From Eledone cirrhosa (lineage: Eukaryota), in contig OZ024742.1 of the NCBI GenBank assembly GCA_964016885.1, positions 181,040,001-181,104,000 of the forward strand: DNA of 64,000 bases, read 5' to 3'. Position numbers and translations under genes: made by a program. Position 1 is the first letter of the stretch. Every line of letters starts with the position of its first letter. Below are positions 39,305 to 53,195 of the stretch, piece by piece. Below the pieces are notes generated by a model, which ran no database searches, had not been told where the DNA came from, and was given only the letters and a program-made list of their open reading frames with translations.

Positions 39305-40315
39305 GTTTCGTTGACAAGTATATCAATGTGTACAGACACGCCGATATATTGCCATTGGTATGACAGTGTGGTTTTAGCTCAATGTAGGATGACAAGTATA
39401 GTACAGAACCGTTATAAGTTTAGGAATAACCAAAGAGTGCTTAGAAATACATTGTTTTATTAGCTAACAGTGTTTCATCCATACCATGTGGCAGGAATCA
39501 TCAGAGCCTATAAACAAGAGTATATAAAAAGTTGCAGGCTCCATCAAGCTCAGTCACCAGAACAAGGTTAAGGGAGCAGTAGGGGGGTTCCAAGGCCAGT
39601 GCTATATAGAAAAAGTCGCATACAAGATGCACATAATGTCATAAAATGTCGTAAAAAATTTACATAAAATATTTTTTCACATAAATGGTGCAATAGCTGA
39701 TAAGGAGGTTGGGAGAGGATAGCAAGAAATGAGTGAGGGTGTTACTCAGCATGATCAAAAACAACAACAACAAAAAAAACAAAAAAAAAACAAAGAAACA
39801 AAAAACAAAGGAAAGCAAAGATACATCAATTCACAGGCAGTGCAAATAGAGGATGCAGAGCAAATAGAGGATGTAGAGGCAGATTAAGGGAGCTTGCAAG
39901 CATGAGTCCATGAGAAGAATAGTTGGTCAGCGGTGGTGCAGCTTTACATCTAGGATTGTCTATAGGAAGGATGGTGTACTCTATTTATATCGCCTTGTAA
40001 CAGGTCGAGTCTCCATATCATATCAGCACCCTACAAACAACATCCATTGGTTCCAGTTCCAAGCCTTAGGCGATATAGTACTATGTTTCCAAAACATATA
40101 CCCAGGGGATTTATCTGCCCAGGCTGTCTGTGATAAACACCTTTAATCTAAAATAAAGTAAAGGTTTTGGGTTTTTTTGTTGTTTTTGATCATGCTGAGT
40201 AACACCCTCACTCATTTCTTGCTATTCTCTCCCAACCTCCTTATCAGCTATTGCACCATTTATGTTAAAAAATATTTTATGTAAATTTTTTATGTAACTT
40301 TTTATGACATTATGT
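39305..40315 (-). mobile_element. Penelope-like element 3 remnant (endonuclease C-terminus, 3' UTR/pseudo-LTR, 5' inversion)
   Basis: Minus strand gives ELEPMDVVCRVL/DMETRPVTRRYK (endonuclease-like, frameshifted) with an HHR downstream. 40165-40315 is the inverse of 39631-39790. Ends in (TA)n. Confidence 0.6.
39456..39514 (-). ncRNA. Type I hammerhead ribozyme
   Basis: Minus strand: tttataGGCT-CTGATGA-tTCCTGCCA ca TGGTAtGGAt-GAAA-cactg-TT-AGCtaataaa. Confidence 0.7.
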
Positions 40316-40333
40316 TCAACACTGACAAAGGAA

Positions 40334-40374
40334 CGCTGTACTAGTTTCAAACTTATTAGCTATCGTCAGCAACG
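40334..40374 (-). ncRNA. Minimal hammerhead ribozyme, inverted copy
   Basis: Reverse complement of 40686-40726 with one stem II change. Confidence 0.8.
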
Positions 40375-40685
40375 TATACCTTCCTGCCAGATGATTGAAC
40401 GTCTGAAAGTATATAATTTCCTCATGCATATCGAGTGGGTTAATCGGCCGGGTGCACCGAAAATGATAAATGGAAAAAATGAAACGAAATTTCATTTCCC
40501 ACTCTTGATTCACCACGTATGGATTCACCGAACATTTATTATAATGCTCGGTGTGTTTGTAAACAAACATCCCGTATTAAGCCGTAGTGTCCAGCAACCA
40601 CGTTGCACCCGGCCGATTAACCCACTCAATATGCATAAGGAAAGTATATACTTTCAGACGTTCAATCATCTGGCAGGAAGGTATA

Positions 40686-40726
40686 CGTTGCTGACGATAG
40701 CTAATAAGCTTGAAACTAGTACAGCG
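40686..40726 (+). ncRNA. Minimal type I hammerhead ribozyme with palindromic loop III
   Basis: CGTTG-CTGACGA-t-AGCT aata AGCT-t-GAAA-CTAG-TA-CAGCG. Confidence 0.85.
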
Positions 40727-40944
40727 TTCCTTTATCAGTGTTGAACAAATGAGCAACGATGGTTGCTGGACACTACGGTTTAATACGGGATGTTTGTTTA
40801 CAAACACACCGAGCATTATAATAAATGTTCAGTGAATCCATACGTACATATATATATGTGTGCATGTATGTATATGTATACATACTACTGTACGTTTGTA
40901 TACATATATGTATGTACGTATACATACTTTTATATATATATATG

Positions 40945-41270
40945 GGTTAGTGGTTAGAGCATTGGCCTTGCAATCGAAAGGTTGTGAGTTCAATTCTCAG
41001 ACCGGGTGAAGTGTTGTTTCCTTGAGCAAGACACTTTATTTCACATTACTCCAGTTTACTCACCTGTAGAAATGAGATGATAGGGACTGGGGTCCATATC
41101 ATTCCACTGCAAAGTGATCGTGGAGGTGCCACGTAAAAAAAAACACCCAGCACTCACTGTAAATGAGGCTGGTGTTAGGGAGGGCATCCAGCTGTAGAAA
41201 TCAACCCAGAACCAGTTCCCGTCCCACCCTTGCAAGCAGGGAAAAGCGGACATAAAATTATGATGATGAT
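40945..41270 (+). mobile_element. SINE family B with RTE-like tail
   Basis: Inverse homolog of 29975-30310. Confidence 0.8.
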
Positions 41271-41406
41271 AAACATACATACACATATAATAATTATAAT
41301 AAGGAGTAGGAACGAAGTATCAATATAGCATCACTATGTTTATTCACATGTGATGCATGTACAACACTGGAATCGATAGCTCACCAGAACTATGGATTTG
41401 TCTCTT

Positions 41407-41437
<31 letters not shown>

Positions 41438-41479
41438 CATTTAGGTTAGATGGAGGAAAAAAAGTAGACACCTGCTGCA

Positions 41480-41511
<32 letters not shown>

Positions 41512-41740
41512 TGAGAGAGCCATTCCACACTGTAATATGGTCATGTAGCTGACACGGCAAAAAGCACCCACCACATACTGTAAATGAGGTTGGTGTTAGG
41601 AAGGGCATCCAGTCATAAAAACCAAGCCAAATCAGTTCTGCGTGAGTGAATCATGGTCCCCCGACCTGATCCCTCACAAAGGGACAGCCTGTTCAACCCA
41701 TGCTGGCATGGAAGATGGATGGTAAATGATGATGATGATG

Positions 41741-42179
41741 ATCATCATCATCATCATCATCATCAACGTTTAACGTCCGTGTTCCACGCTTGCATGGGTT
41801 TGGACGGGGGTAGTCCCACTTGAGGCAAGAGTGATTGTCTTGCTCGCATAGGACTGTCTGGCAGGTTTTCTACAGTTGGATGCCCTTCCTAACACCAACC
41901 ACATTTACAGTGTGGGTCTGGGAGGTTTTTACCGTGTTGCCTACACGGCCACATTACAGCGTGGACTGTGTGTTTTTTTGTCGTGACACCTACACGATCT
42001 CATTTGTTTCGGCCTGGATGGCGCGGCACCAACATAACTTTACATAGGACGGGGTGGTGTGGATGGGTGGGGGTGGTGGCGGGACGGGGTGTATTTTGTT
42101 AGAGATGCCTACTGGCAAGGCGGGTCTTCTCTGTTACTGAGTACCGCCAAAGCTCTCGGTCCAGTGACATTGTCTTGGA
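41741..42179 (-). mobile_element. RTE 3' end, tail-to-tail with a plus-strand RTE-tail element (41520-41741)
   Basis: 3' UTR nearly identical to 10987-11450; (GAT)n(CAT)n junction. Confidence 0.85.
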
Positions 42180-42599
42180 TATATACATATGATAATTTCT
42201 GACTTACAAGATGCTAAATTCGAAAGACACATCCTATAATTAACAAGTATATTTTGGGAAAAGACGGTTTTGACAATTTATGAATACATCAAATATCTAT
42301 TACATAAAAATATATAATTCAAAACAAAATACTTATTTATTAACAACAATTAAAATGCTGCTACAGGATATGTTTACTATAAACTGTCAACAAAACTCCA
42401 TTCTGTTCAAAGAATTTTGCACCAGGTCTCTACTTTGAAGATAATATTTTTCCTCCATCTAACCCAAATGATAACATTTTTTTTTTAAATCACCATCTTA
42501 ATTTTACGTTTTCCTATACTGGCAAATGACGGACATGTTTCACAGCAGTTTAACACTTTCCACAGTCCTTCAAAATCTATTCTTCACATCAACAGAGAA

Positions 42600-42930
42600 A
42601 GTTGGCTCAGTGGTTAGAGCATTGGGCTTGCAATTGAGAGGTTGTAAGTTTGATTCTCGAACCAGGTGATGCCTTGTGTCCTTGGGCAAGACACTTTATT
42701 TCACGTTGCTCCAGTTTACTCAGCTGTAAAAATGAGTTGCGACATCACTGGTGCCAAGCTGTATTGGTCATTGCCTTTCCCTTGGACAACATTGGTGACA
42801 TGGAGAGGGGAGACTGGTATGCATGGGCGACTGCTGGTCTTCCACAAAACAAACCTGCCTAGGCTTGTGCCTCAGAGAGAAACTTTCTAGGTACAAAACC
42901 ATGGTCATTCATGACCAAGTGGGGCTTTTC
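42600..42930 (+). mobile_element. tRNA-derived SINE; relatives at 53450-53720, 57712-57990 and 63680-63980
   Basis: ggctcagtggttagagc A-box-like head; cttgggcaagacactttatttcac core. Confidence 0.75.
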
Positions 42931-43199
42931 AGAGTCATCAACTCCGACAAGACTAAAAGGTCATCATTACCGTATGCCACTTCTGGTCATTTCATATAAT
43001 AATTTGATCCAATGCTATATATCAGATGGGCAAGCATCTGACATTTCTGACAATACAAGAGATGCTGGTAATCCCAGCCAGGACTGATTTAAGCCATTTT
43101 GAATGGTCCTCATATTATCCAAGTGCTTTATCATTAGATGAAAGGTTAGCCCAGTATGTATGATGCTCATCATTTGTAGGTTTGATGAGTTCATCCAAT

Positions 43200-43400
43200 A
43201 TGGTAGACAGGTGTCTGTCTAACCTTGTAGACAGATGTTGTTTTGTCTTGTCAGGGTACCCACCCTCCCTTGTAGAAAGATGTTGTTTTGTCTTGTCAGG
43301 GTACTCACCATCCCTTGTAGACAGGTGTTGTTTTGTCCATCCAACTTTGTAGATGGGTGTTTTCTCCTATTAAAGTGGACACTCAACCTTGTAAATTAGA
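43200..43400. repeat. Minisatellite, ~45 bp unit
   Basis: cttgtagacagatgttgttttgtcttgtcagggtac repeated. Confidence 0.75.
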
Positions 43401-43976
43401 TAGCTTTTGGTTTCTGTCTTGCTATGGTATCCATCCATCCTGTACACATCAGGGGGAGATTGTAGTGTGAAGATGTTAATTTAGTTACCTGGTGGCCAAC
43501 CATGAAAGATGTAGTATTGGTTTACATGATTGTCAGTAGATTATTTTTTGATCTGACCTGACATTGTCATATGTTAATATCTTCATAAACTATTCTATTC
43601 CTATAACTTAACCTCAAACTATATTCCAACATATTAACTCTTTATATTAGTGTCCTGACATAATCCAATGTTATAAATTCTTGTAACAGGAAACATGGTT
43701 GAGTATATATAATAACTTAACCCAACATCATATCGTAACATAAAGCAATGTTGTATTCTGATAAATGTACAGTGTTAAATTCCAATAAGCAGGCTCACTG
43801 ATTTATTCCAATAATCTGAGCAAATGTCATATTTCTTATATATACTACCAGGCTTATATTCTTGGATCTCAAACCATTTTATATTCTTGTATATTCAATC
43901 ATGTTATATTCCAATATCTTCATTGAAACTTCTATTCTAATAATTTGACCTTATGCTATATATATCACACACATAA

Positions 43977-44033
<57 letters not shown>

Positions 44034-44584
44034 ATGTACAATTGTATATACACATTACATTATAATGTGAGGTTCTTCAATAAGTTTAGCCAATTTTCTC
44101 TTGCCTACTTGATAACTGCAATAAATTAGGAACTAGTGGTTTCTTGACCTGTGGAAAAATAGCAGCCAAATCTATGTTGACCCTTTTGTGACTGTATTTC
44201 TAATGAAATACACTGTATTTGAATTACTTGTTAATATCCTGTTACGATTTAGCGAAAAATATCTAAAAATGTATTTTTAAACTCAAATATTTATAATATT
44301 TTTATGAGTGGACACACATTTATGAAACTTTGCAGTAAAGACGTTAATTTTTAATGTGATGCTGTCATAGTGTTGCTTTCTACTTTTCATGAATGCTTTG
44401 CTAAAATGGTTTTATGTGGTACAGGATATTAAGAGTTAATTAATGAAGAATTTAGAGGGAATTACAAAATGATTAATTATTTTATTAATTAGAGAGCAAC
44501 TTAGCATACAGTTAATTATGTGTGAAAATTTTAATTTAATTAGAAACTCCTCTTTTTCATCGTCTTATTCCTCGCTCACTATTT

Positions 44585-45200
44585 CTGAGAGGGTCTTGGG
44601 GGCAGAGTCCTCAAATGCTCCTTCCAGCGAGTCCTTTCAGAAGCAACTATCTCCAACTGATCCAGCTTGATGCCCAATCATGACCAGCTAAGCTCATGGT
44701 CTGCTCCTGTGTCTCCTGCCTGTTGGTTTTTGCCTGTAAAATCTGTCCAGTGATTCTTTCCTGAGACAGTCTAACTACATTTCCATAGTATCGGAACTGT
44801 GATCTCTCAATTCGGTGAAGTAGCACCCCTACGTAGAGTGACTTTCTGATCTCTGAGCCAAGCACTCTATTGAGTAACATTACTCCAAAGACCCTTCGGA
44901 GGAACCCCATTTTGGTTGCTTTTATTCACTATCATATTCTTTCAGTCATTACCCAAGATCCATGACCATAGGGAAGGGTTGTCATGAATACCGAATTGAA
45001 GATAGCGAGATTAGCTTTTACATCTACCTCCCTTCTTCTGATTACTAGATACTGAAACTAGCACATTACTGCACCAACTCCTGCAATTCTTGCACTTAAT
45101 TCAGCCTCTTGCCTTTCAATCACTCGTGAACACGGCCCCGAGATACTTGAACTTCTCTACCTGTCTCAGTGGAATGCCATTTACACAAAGTTCCATGGAT
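44585..45200 (-). mobile_element. RTE-type LINE 3' fragment (family of 1-520)
   Basis: MGFLRRVFGVMLLNRVLGSEIRKSL...IERSQFRYYGNVVRL. Confidence 0.8.
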
Positions 45201-45465
45201 ACTGCAGATTTGAATGGAAGGTGGAAACTATCTGGCAACCATTTCTAGCAAGCTGAACAAATATGTAGAGTGAGGCTTTTCAAAGTGGTCCATAGAGAGC
45301 CCTAGAGGTGAATATAGTTTTAGGGCTGACATATGGTGAATTTACTAGTGTGTATTTATTAATCCCTTTGTAACAGGACATGTAGGCTAGCTTTCATATA
45401 TTGTACACATAGGAGAATACCTGATAGGCTGTGATGGCTACTAATGATATTTCATAAAGGAGGTG

Positions 45466-46392
45466 GGTGTTCAGAGTGAGGACGGGATGGAAGAAGTTCA
45501 GGGAGCTACTACCACTGCTAGCTACAAAAGACTTTTCCCTCAAAATGAAAGGCAGATTATATGACACATGTAGAGGTGCAACAATGTTGCATGGTACTGA
45601 GACCTGGGCACTGTGTGCAGAGGTCTTACAAAGATTAGTAAGAAATTAAGCTTGCATGATTCGATTGATGTGTAATAGTAATATATGTGAACGACAAAGC
45701 ATAAATGAACAGAGAGAAAATCTAAGCATAGGAGGAATCAGATGCTGTGTGCAAGAGAGGAGATTGCATTGGTATGAACATGTAATGCATATGAAGGATG
45801 ACAGCTGAATAACAAGATGCGAAGCACTTAAAGTTGATGGAAGCCATGGAGTAGGAAGACCCAGGAAGACTTGGGTTGAGGTGATAAAAGCTGACCTTGC
45901 ATAAGTGGACCTCTCAAAAGCAATGACACAAGACCGGGATCTCTGGTATTATGCAATAATACAGAAGATCCACCTTCCCATGAGCACAAGCTAAAGCATA
46001 CATCTGGTATGCACCACCTTCACCTTCATTCCCCCTTCCACACACCTTCCATGTCCTAACACTCTGACCTCATAAACGCTCATATAGCCACCTTCCTAAG
46101 CCCCACACAGCCTTCCCACCAAAGCTCCCACACTGTGTAGTGGTTGTGTAGGTGTCACGACAAAAAGCATACAGCCCACACTGTTAAGTGGTCCTGTAGG
46201 TGTTACAAAAAAAGCACCCAGTGCTCACTGTAAATGTGGTTGGTGTTAGGAAGGGCATTCATCTATAGAAGCCAAGCCAAAATCAGTTCTGTATGAGTAA
46301 GACATGGGCATTTGACCTCAACTTGCCTCAAATAGGACAACCTGTCTAACCCATGCTAGCATGGAAAATGAATGTTAAATGGTGATGATGAA
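45466..46392 (+). mobile_element. Older RTE LINE 3' fragment
   Basis: [31 protein letters not shown]...HGTETW with stop codons; 3' UTR and gatgatg tail. Confidence 0.88.
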
Positions 46393-47904
46393 GAATTTTA
46401 AAGAATAAAAAAAATTGTCTATGGAGTTTAAAACCTAAACAATGGATAAATAATAGTTATAGAGAGGGGATGTTTCCTAAATGGACAGCTAATTGACCAT
46501 TGAAATCTTTTTACATATATATACACATATATGGCATGGACCTATAATACCTGATGGAGCTGTAGGGTCACCATATTGACATAGGGCATTTCTTGGGGCA
46601 TTTTTCAACTTGGCAGAGCCCATCTCCTGTCCAGGTCTGAACACAGCAGATTTCTTCCAGAGAAATATATAGAATGATAGAGAGGTGAGAAAGAGATATA
46701 TGTACATATATGATTAGATAGGAACTCTTTCAAATGGGTACTTTTGTTTCATAGAAATAGAGCAGTGCTGGTATCAAAAGGATTATAGTAATATAATCTT
46801 TCAAAAGGTCTGTGTAGCTATGTAAGGTCTTCACACAGACAAATATGTAACCACAACAACAGGGCTTACGTATATAGAGAGGGAACATACAGAAAATATA
46901 GTATTACTAGGCATTGCATGCACTTTACATAGAGTACTGTCAATACAATAGACACAATAACAGCATAAGCAACACTGTATACATCGAAGGTACACAGAGC
47001 TGTGCTTCATAATACATTGACAGCACATAAAGAAAAGAAGACTAATAATAATAAGGATTTATTTATGTATATGTTAATGATTATAGTTGCCAGGACTAGT
47101 TGAAATTCCATGCTAGCTTTCTTTTATTTTGTTGCATAAATTTATAATATTTCTTCATAATATTATTCCATTATGCTGAAGATTTTTATAATAATGAGCT
47201 AGATATCAGATAAAGGTTATTGAAAAAAAATTAGCATTTGAATAAGTTATAGTGTTAGTAACAACAGAATAAATTCTGGTCTTCTCTAGTAAGAAGGTGA
47301 TCCATTGGTGTATTGTACTCAACTCAGATCTTTTATTGGCTGTTTCTTACAAACTATAAACAGCACCCCTCAACCATAACTATTTTTGTTACCATATTTC
47401 TAATGAAAGACGCTGCCAATAATTTCCAAATAATTTTCAATTAAGAATTTGAAAAGCTGGTATTTGGAACATAACTTTATATATAATTATATAAAATTAT
47501 GAAGGAAAAATTATATATATATATAAATACTTTAAAACAAAAGGGGACAGTTTCAAGCAGATTAGTATCAAAATGGTTAACATATATATTGACTAAATAT
47601 TGTTGAAAATGCTTTCCTAATCTATGAATAACACTGAAACCCATGTCTGTGTGTAGAACTCTTTTCTAATCACCTCTCTTCAAACCCAAGTGTGTTGTTC
47701 TTCAACATATTGCACATCATTGTGTCTTCGAAGCTCCCTATGGGAAATAAAAGAAGGTAACATATTGAGTATAAATGGCACCATAAATACAAGATCCTTA
47801 CTTGTAACACATTTCTTGGATAAATTATGATGCTACAATTTTCTTGAGTGACTATATTTTCATCAATAAATACAGATGTAGATTTGCAAATATATATATA
47901 CTTA

Positions 47905-48098
47905 AGAGGGTATGCTGAAAAGTTCATAAGCTAACTATGAAGGAGTGGTGCCCAAGCTGTGAAATATTGCATGCATTAATTTCAACTCTTCTTATTAATA
48001 ACTGCATTGTTTCTTTCCAGGGACTATGTTAGAAATAAATTTCATTTAGTCATTCCATGAGAGTATCTTGGGTCAACCTATAAATCTTTCAGCCAACT
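47905..48098. mobile_element. Mariner-type MITE; inverse relatives at 50365-50555 and 56350-56550
   Basis: gagggtatgctgaaaagttcat...gctgtgaaatattgcatgcattaatttcaac is shared among three copies, with weak TIRs. Confidence 0.6.
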
Positions 48099-48624
48099 CA
48101 CATGCACAATGACCTAGTGATTAGGGTCAGTCATAAAATTGTGGGTTCAATTACTGGATTTGACTGGCACATTGTGTTCCTGAGTAAGACACTTCTGTTG
48201 ACATTGCTTTTTGTGGTTAGACTGGAGACCCTATCTTTAAAACACCTGATAAACCTCCAATGGTATGTAACCATCATAGGATACTAGCTAAACATTTTAG
48301 TGTGACCTGTAAATTTCATTCATTTTCATTTCCTAGCACATACACATTAGGCATTTTGGATTGACTGAGACTCTTTCAGTGATTAATTAAGCTCGTAAAT
48401 AAGCCACCAAGGGCAAACCTCAGAGTCAAAATAAATACAAGGAACATAATAAATTTGCTTCTAACCCCAGTATTGAGTCCTACCAGTTGGGAAGGGCATC
48501 CAGTCATAAAAACCAAGCTACAAACAGTTCTGCATGAACAAGACATGGTCACTTAATCTGGCTTGTCCCACAACTTGACAACTCATCTAACCCTTGCTAG
48601 CATAGAAAAATGGACGTTAAGCAG

Positions 48625-48664
<40 letters not shown>

Positions 48665-51600
48665 TCCTGTAAGTGAACAACTCTGATGTATATGTATTAT
48701 TTATCATCATCATCATTTTACATTTGCTTTCCATGTTGGCATATGTTGGGCATGTTGTCATGGCCCAAGACTAGACCGGTCATACATTCCATATTTAACA
48801 TGATTTCTTTAGATACAATTCATAACACCAACCACTTTACAGTTTACATATGTATCATTATCATTTAATATCCATTTTTCCAAATTTGCGTGAGTTAAAT
48901 AGGATGTTACAACATATTCAAGGCCAATATTTTGCTGATTTTCACCAACTTCAAAATTCTATGTAAATGAAGTGGTAAAATATATTTGCTTTGAAGGTGA
49001 ATTTTACATCAGTTTTACTTTTGATGGGAAATTTACTTTTGATGTGTTTTGAATTAATATGGCCTTTAAAATGGTCAGAAATTGGTAAAATAATCATCAC
49101 TTAATAGACTACTGAAACAAAACCCACACACTAAATAACACTTTAAACATTTCAAGTATCAAAATATTAAAACTTCATAAATATATTCTCTATGCATGAG
49201 GATTTCAAAACCGCACAATTTAACATTGTATGTTCACCAGCTACCTTGTCTTATACTTGGAGTTTGGAGTTTTGTACATTTCTCAAACAAAAAATAGGGG
49301 GCTGGCTTCATCATCATCATCATTTAATATCTATCTTCCACACTAGCATGGGTTAGATGTGTTTGTCCCATTTAGAGACAAGTTGGGTTGGGTGAGCGTG
49401 TCTTGCTCATATAGGACTGTTTCTGGCTGGTTTTCTACAGCTGGATGCCCTTCCTAATGCCAACCATATTTTTAGTGTCTGCTGGGTGCTTTTTGCCATG
49501 TCTTTTACACAACCACTTTACAGCGTGGACAGGATGTTTTGAGGTACCAACATAATATATGCAAAGTGGTCCTGTAGGCGCCACGGCCATAAAGCACCCA
49601 GCACTCACTGTAAATGAGGTTGGTGTTAGGAAGGGCATCCAGCTGTAGAAATCAAGCCAGCATCAATTCCCGTCCCACCCTTGCAAGCAGGGAAAAGCGG
49701 ACGTAAAATGAAATGATGATGATACATATATATATGCGTGTATATACACATATCATACATACACATATATATATATAGTAATAATAAATTTGAAGACTAA
49801 AATCCAAAGAGGGCTCAATAAGGATAAATATATATCAAATATATAAGAACCCTAGAGCAAATATTTATTAAAATAACAGATTAAAGTTTAAGCAAAGAAT
49901 CGCTGATATATATATCATCATCATCATCGTCATTTAGCATCCATCTTCCACACTAGCCTGGGTAGGACGGGTTGATCCTTAGGGAGAAAATCAGGTCAGA
50001 GGACCTTGTTTAGGTCACCCAGGGAAGATTTGAGCTTGGTTTCTACAGCTGGGTGCCCTTCCTAATGACAACCACATTTACAGTGTGGTGCTGGGTGTTT
50101 TTTGTTGTGTCACCTACACAACAACATTACAGTGTGGACTGGGCACTTTTTGTCATGTCACCGACACAACCACTTTACAGTGTGGACTGGGCACTTTTCT
50201 CTTGGAAGTAGGGAGAGGGAGGAAACTTGAGGAAATTGCGGACATAGCTAATAGGGAAGGGATGGTTACCACAAAGGGAGGTGTATGAGAGGGGAGGTTG
50301 AGGAAGGTGTGGCCTACTAGGTAAAAATAAGCCTCAGCCTGAGAATAATAGAGGGCAGGGAGACTTGGCTAAAAATTTCATATGCTGACCAAGTTACTCT
50401 CATGGAATGACCAAATGAGGTTTATTTCTCAACATAGTTCCTGGAAAGAACCAATGCAGTTTTGATAAGAGTTGAAATTAATGCATGCAAGATTTCACAG
50501 CTCTAGCATCAATCCTTCAAAGTCAGCCTATGAATTTTTCAGTTAAAACTTGTACATATCTTCTGATGAGAACCCAATGTATTTTGCAAATTGATTATCT
50601 TTTTTTTTCAATTTATAAGGCAATACATAAAATTTGACATGTTTAGAAGTCAATATACTCAATGAATAAAGTTATATGCACATTTATATAGTCTCAGTCA
50701 CTTCTGGACTGTATGTATGTATCTATGTATATGCGTCATATGTCAAATTCTGACATTTTGTCAACCTCTCTACTGTGTGACTGATAACATCTCATGTTTA
50801 TACATAATGTTTATACATAATTTGCATACATCAATACATCACCATGAATGTGTGCTCATATAATGTATATTTGTGTTTATACGCATTTGTACATGCTTGT
50901 GCATAAATTATATATTACATTCTAAATGTGCATGCATAAATTGTATGTGCATGCATAAATAACTGTGCATAAATTATGACTTCAGATATTCATGCATGTT
51001 TAATGCATTCTATACTTGTACATGCATGTGTGTGTGTGTGTGTGTGCGTGTGTGTGTGCGTGTGTGCATGTGTGCATGTATGTGTGTGTGCGTGTGTGTG
51101 TGTGTGTGTGGATACATTGAGACTGGTTTTGAGGAAAGACTTAGTCACTGCAGCAAAAGTGCAGCAAAAGTGTTCTCAGCAAAAGTGACTACTTGGAATA
51201 TTGTTGGTAGCTTGGAAAGACAACTATCCCAGGATCCTTCTGGCTCTTGTAGATAGAATCTGAAGGAGTGATAACCTAGCTTCACTACCTTCACACCATA
51301 TATCTCTGTTTGTAGATATATGAAAGACAAGCCCACATGAGCCTAGCAGCTTCCTTCTATCATCATCTCGCTATTCCACCTGTTTGATATCATGCTGTTG
51401 TGTGTTTTTATCTGAAATTGGATATATAAAGTTAAAATGGAAATTCCCATTCTGTAGGAATTATAATATATTGCTTTCCAATTACAATGTCTCTAAAATC
51501 AGATCTATTTAATCTTAAAGTAGTGAGTTACAGTAAAAGATATGATAAATTGTAAAATCTACTTCACCACTGTCTCATTTATCTCAACTGTTTATATATG

Positions 51601-51689
51601 AAATGAAATGAAAATATCTTATGCTTCTTAATCAGATGTTTGGTCACTGCTTTCTTTCCTCCATGTAGCATGTCTAAGAGAAGTTTACT

Positions 51690-52116
51690 CATGAAGTTCA
51701 TCTCTCACCAGGTTGCCTTTGGCAATAAATCACAGATATGATAAGCAATACTGCTCCTTCATCTAGCATAGTGCTGCAGCAAAATATATAGACATTCTAA
51801 ACTATGTCTAAAGAAAGGCTACCTGGCTGATTTGTAAGAAGTGACTCATCAGGAGAATCCAGCCTCTGGCTCACAGGCAAGCCATTTCCTCTTTTTGCCT
51901 TTTCTACCATTATTACTACAGTGACTCTACTCGAACAATAAATCACAGATTTGATAAGAAATACTGCTCCTACATCTAACACAGTGCCACTGCAAAATAT
52001 CATATATAGACATCTTTGATTGTGTCTAAAGAAAGGCTACTGATTTGTATGAAGTGACTCAACAATGCACTCCAGCCTCTGCCACATAGATATGCTGTTT
52101 CTTCTCCTTGCCTTTT

Positions 52117-52130
<14 letters not shown>
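51690..52130. repeat. Tandem dimer with ~213 bp period
   Basis: caataaatcacagat.tgataag.aatactgctcct occurs at 51723 and 51936. Confidence 0.8.
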
Positions 52131-52153
<23 letters not shown>

Positions 52154-53132
52154 AACCTTTGCTGCTCACTAACACTCTGTCTGGCCCACAGATACACTCT
52201 CCTCTCTTTGACTTTTATATTGATACTACAATGGCTTCTGCTCCTTGGAACTTGCTGGTCATGTGCACCATACATTCACACCCACCTGAGAAACTTTCTC
52301 TCCTTCCATCACCCATATTGTGTCTCCCCTTCTCCAAGAAACCTACTAACTACAATGACGAGTCCTGTTTCTTGCTTTACTTCCTTGACCATGTTTTTCC
52401 TGACTTTATCAACTTACAATTGTTCAGACCGAACATTAACTGCATTGAGCTAACATACCCCAGTGGGCCTACAAGTGTTATTGTTCCAATCCCTTCCTTC
52501 AGACAAAGCCACATGTCTGGGAATATCTTCAAATAGTAGAGTAAAGTCCCTTCCTCTTGACCAAATCATTTGCCTTATAAGCAGTGCCAGATTTACCATT
52601 GTGGTTAGGTGTGCTTAACCACAGGGCCCCGTTGGCCAGGGGAACCCATCTTCCCATCTAAAAATGTTTTACCTCCTTCAGGGCCCAAGTAAGGGGCCTC
52701 ATAACTTAACTAGCACAGGTCCTCATTTGCCCTAAATCTGCTTATAAGACCTACAAATACAAAAGTACATTCTCAACCTCCAAACCAAACCATATGTCTG
52801 GGAAGGCCTACAAATGTAAACAAGCCATCTGACTAAGGTGTACATTAGTGATAACAAATAAGAGAAAGAGTACTCATTACCAGAAGTAGAGTATAAATCA
52901 TTTAATATTGTTAACTGAAACCAAACTGGCTGATATTAGAAGTTGTAAAAAAGTGTGTAAATCTATCAACACATTAACTGACTGAAAATAAACATTGTTG
53001 TAGCCCTTGTTGAAATTTGTAGTTTCAGCTAGTTTGGTTATAGCAATTATATACACACATGCAAGCATATATATATATATATATATATACGATATATTAA
53101 CAAATGGAAACTAAATTTATAAAACCATATTT

Positions 53133-53195
53133 ATTTCATTATACATATTTCAAGGACACCAAGTTAAATTATGGTGTGCTTTCATCAGATAAAAT
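53133..53195 (-). ncRNA. Type I hammerhead ribozyme
   Basis: Minus strand: ATTTTAT-CTGATGA-AAGcACACCA taatttaact TGGTGTcCTT-GAA-ATAtgTAT-A-ATGAAAT, within a ~260-bp segment between TA tracts. Confidence 0.75.

Larger units (their letters stand above)
40315..40845. mobile_element. Inverted, circularly permuted ~300-bp HHR unit (retrozyme-like)
   Basis: 40315-40457 is the inverse of 40604-40745, and 40514-40600 is the inverse of 40760-40845. Confidence 0.8.

Noticed and set aside
50562-50592. CTGATGA match (also the minus-strand match at 51846-51852)
   Set aside because: No correctly placed GAAA or helices.
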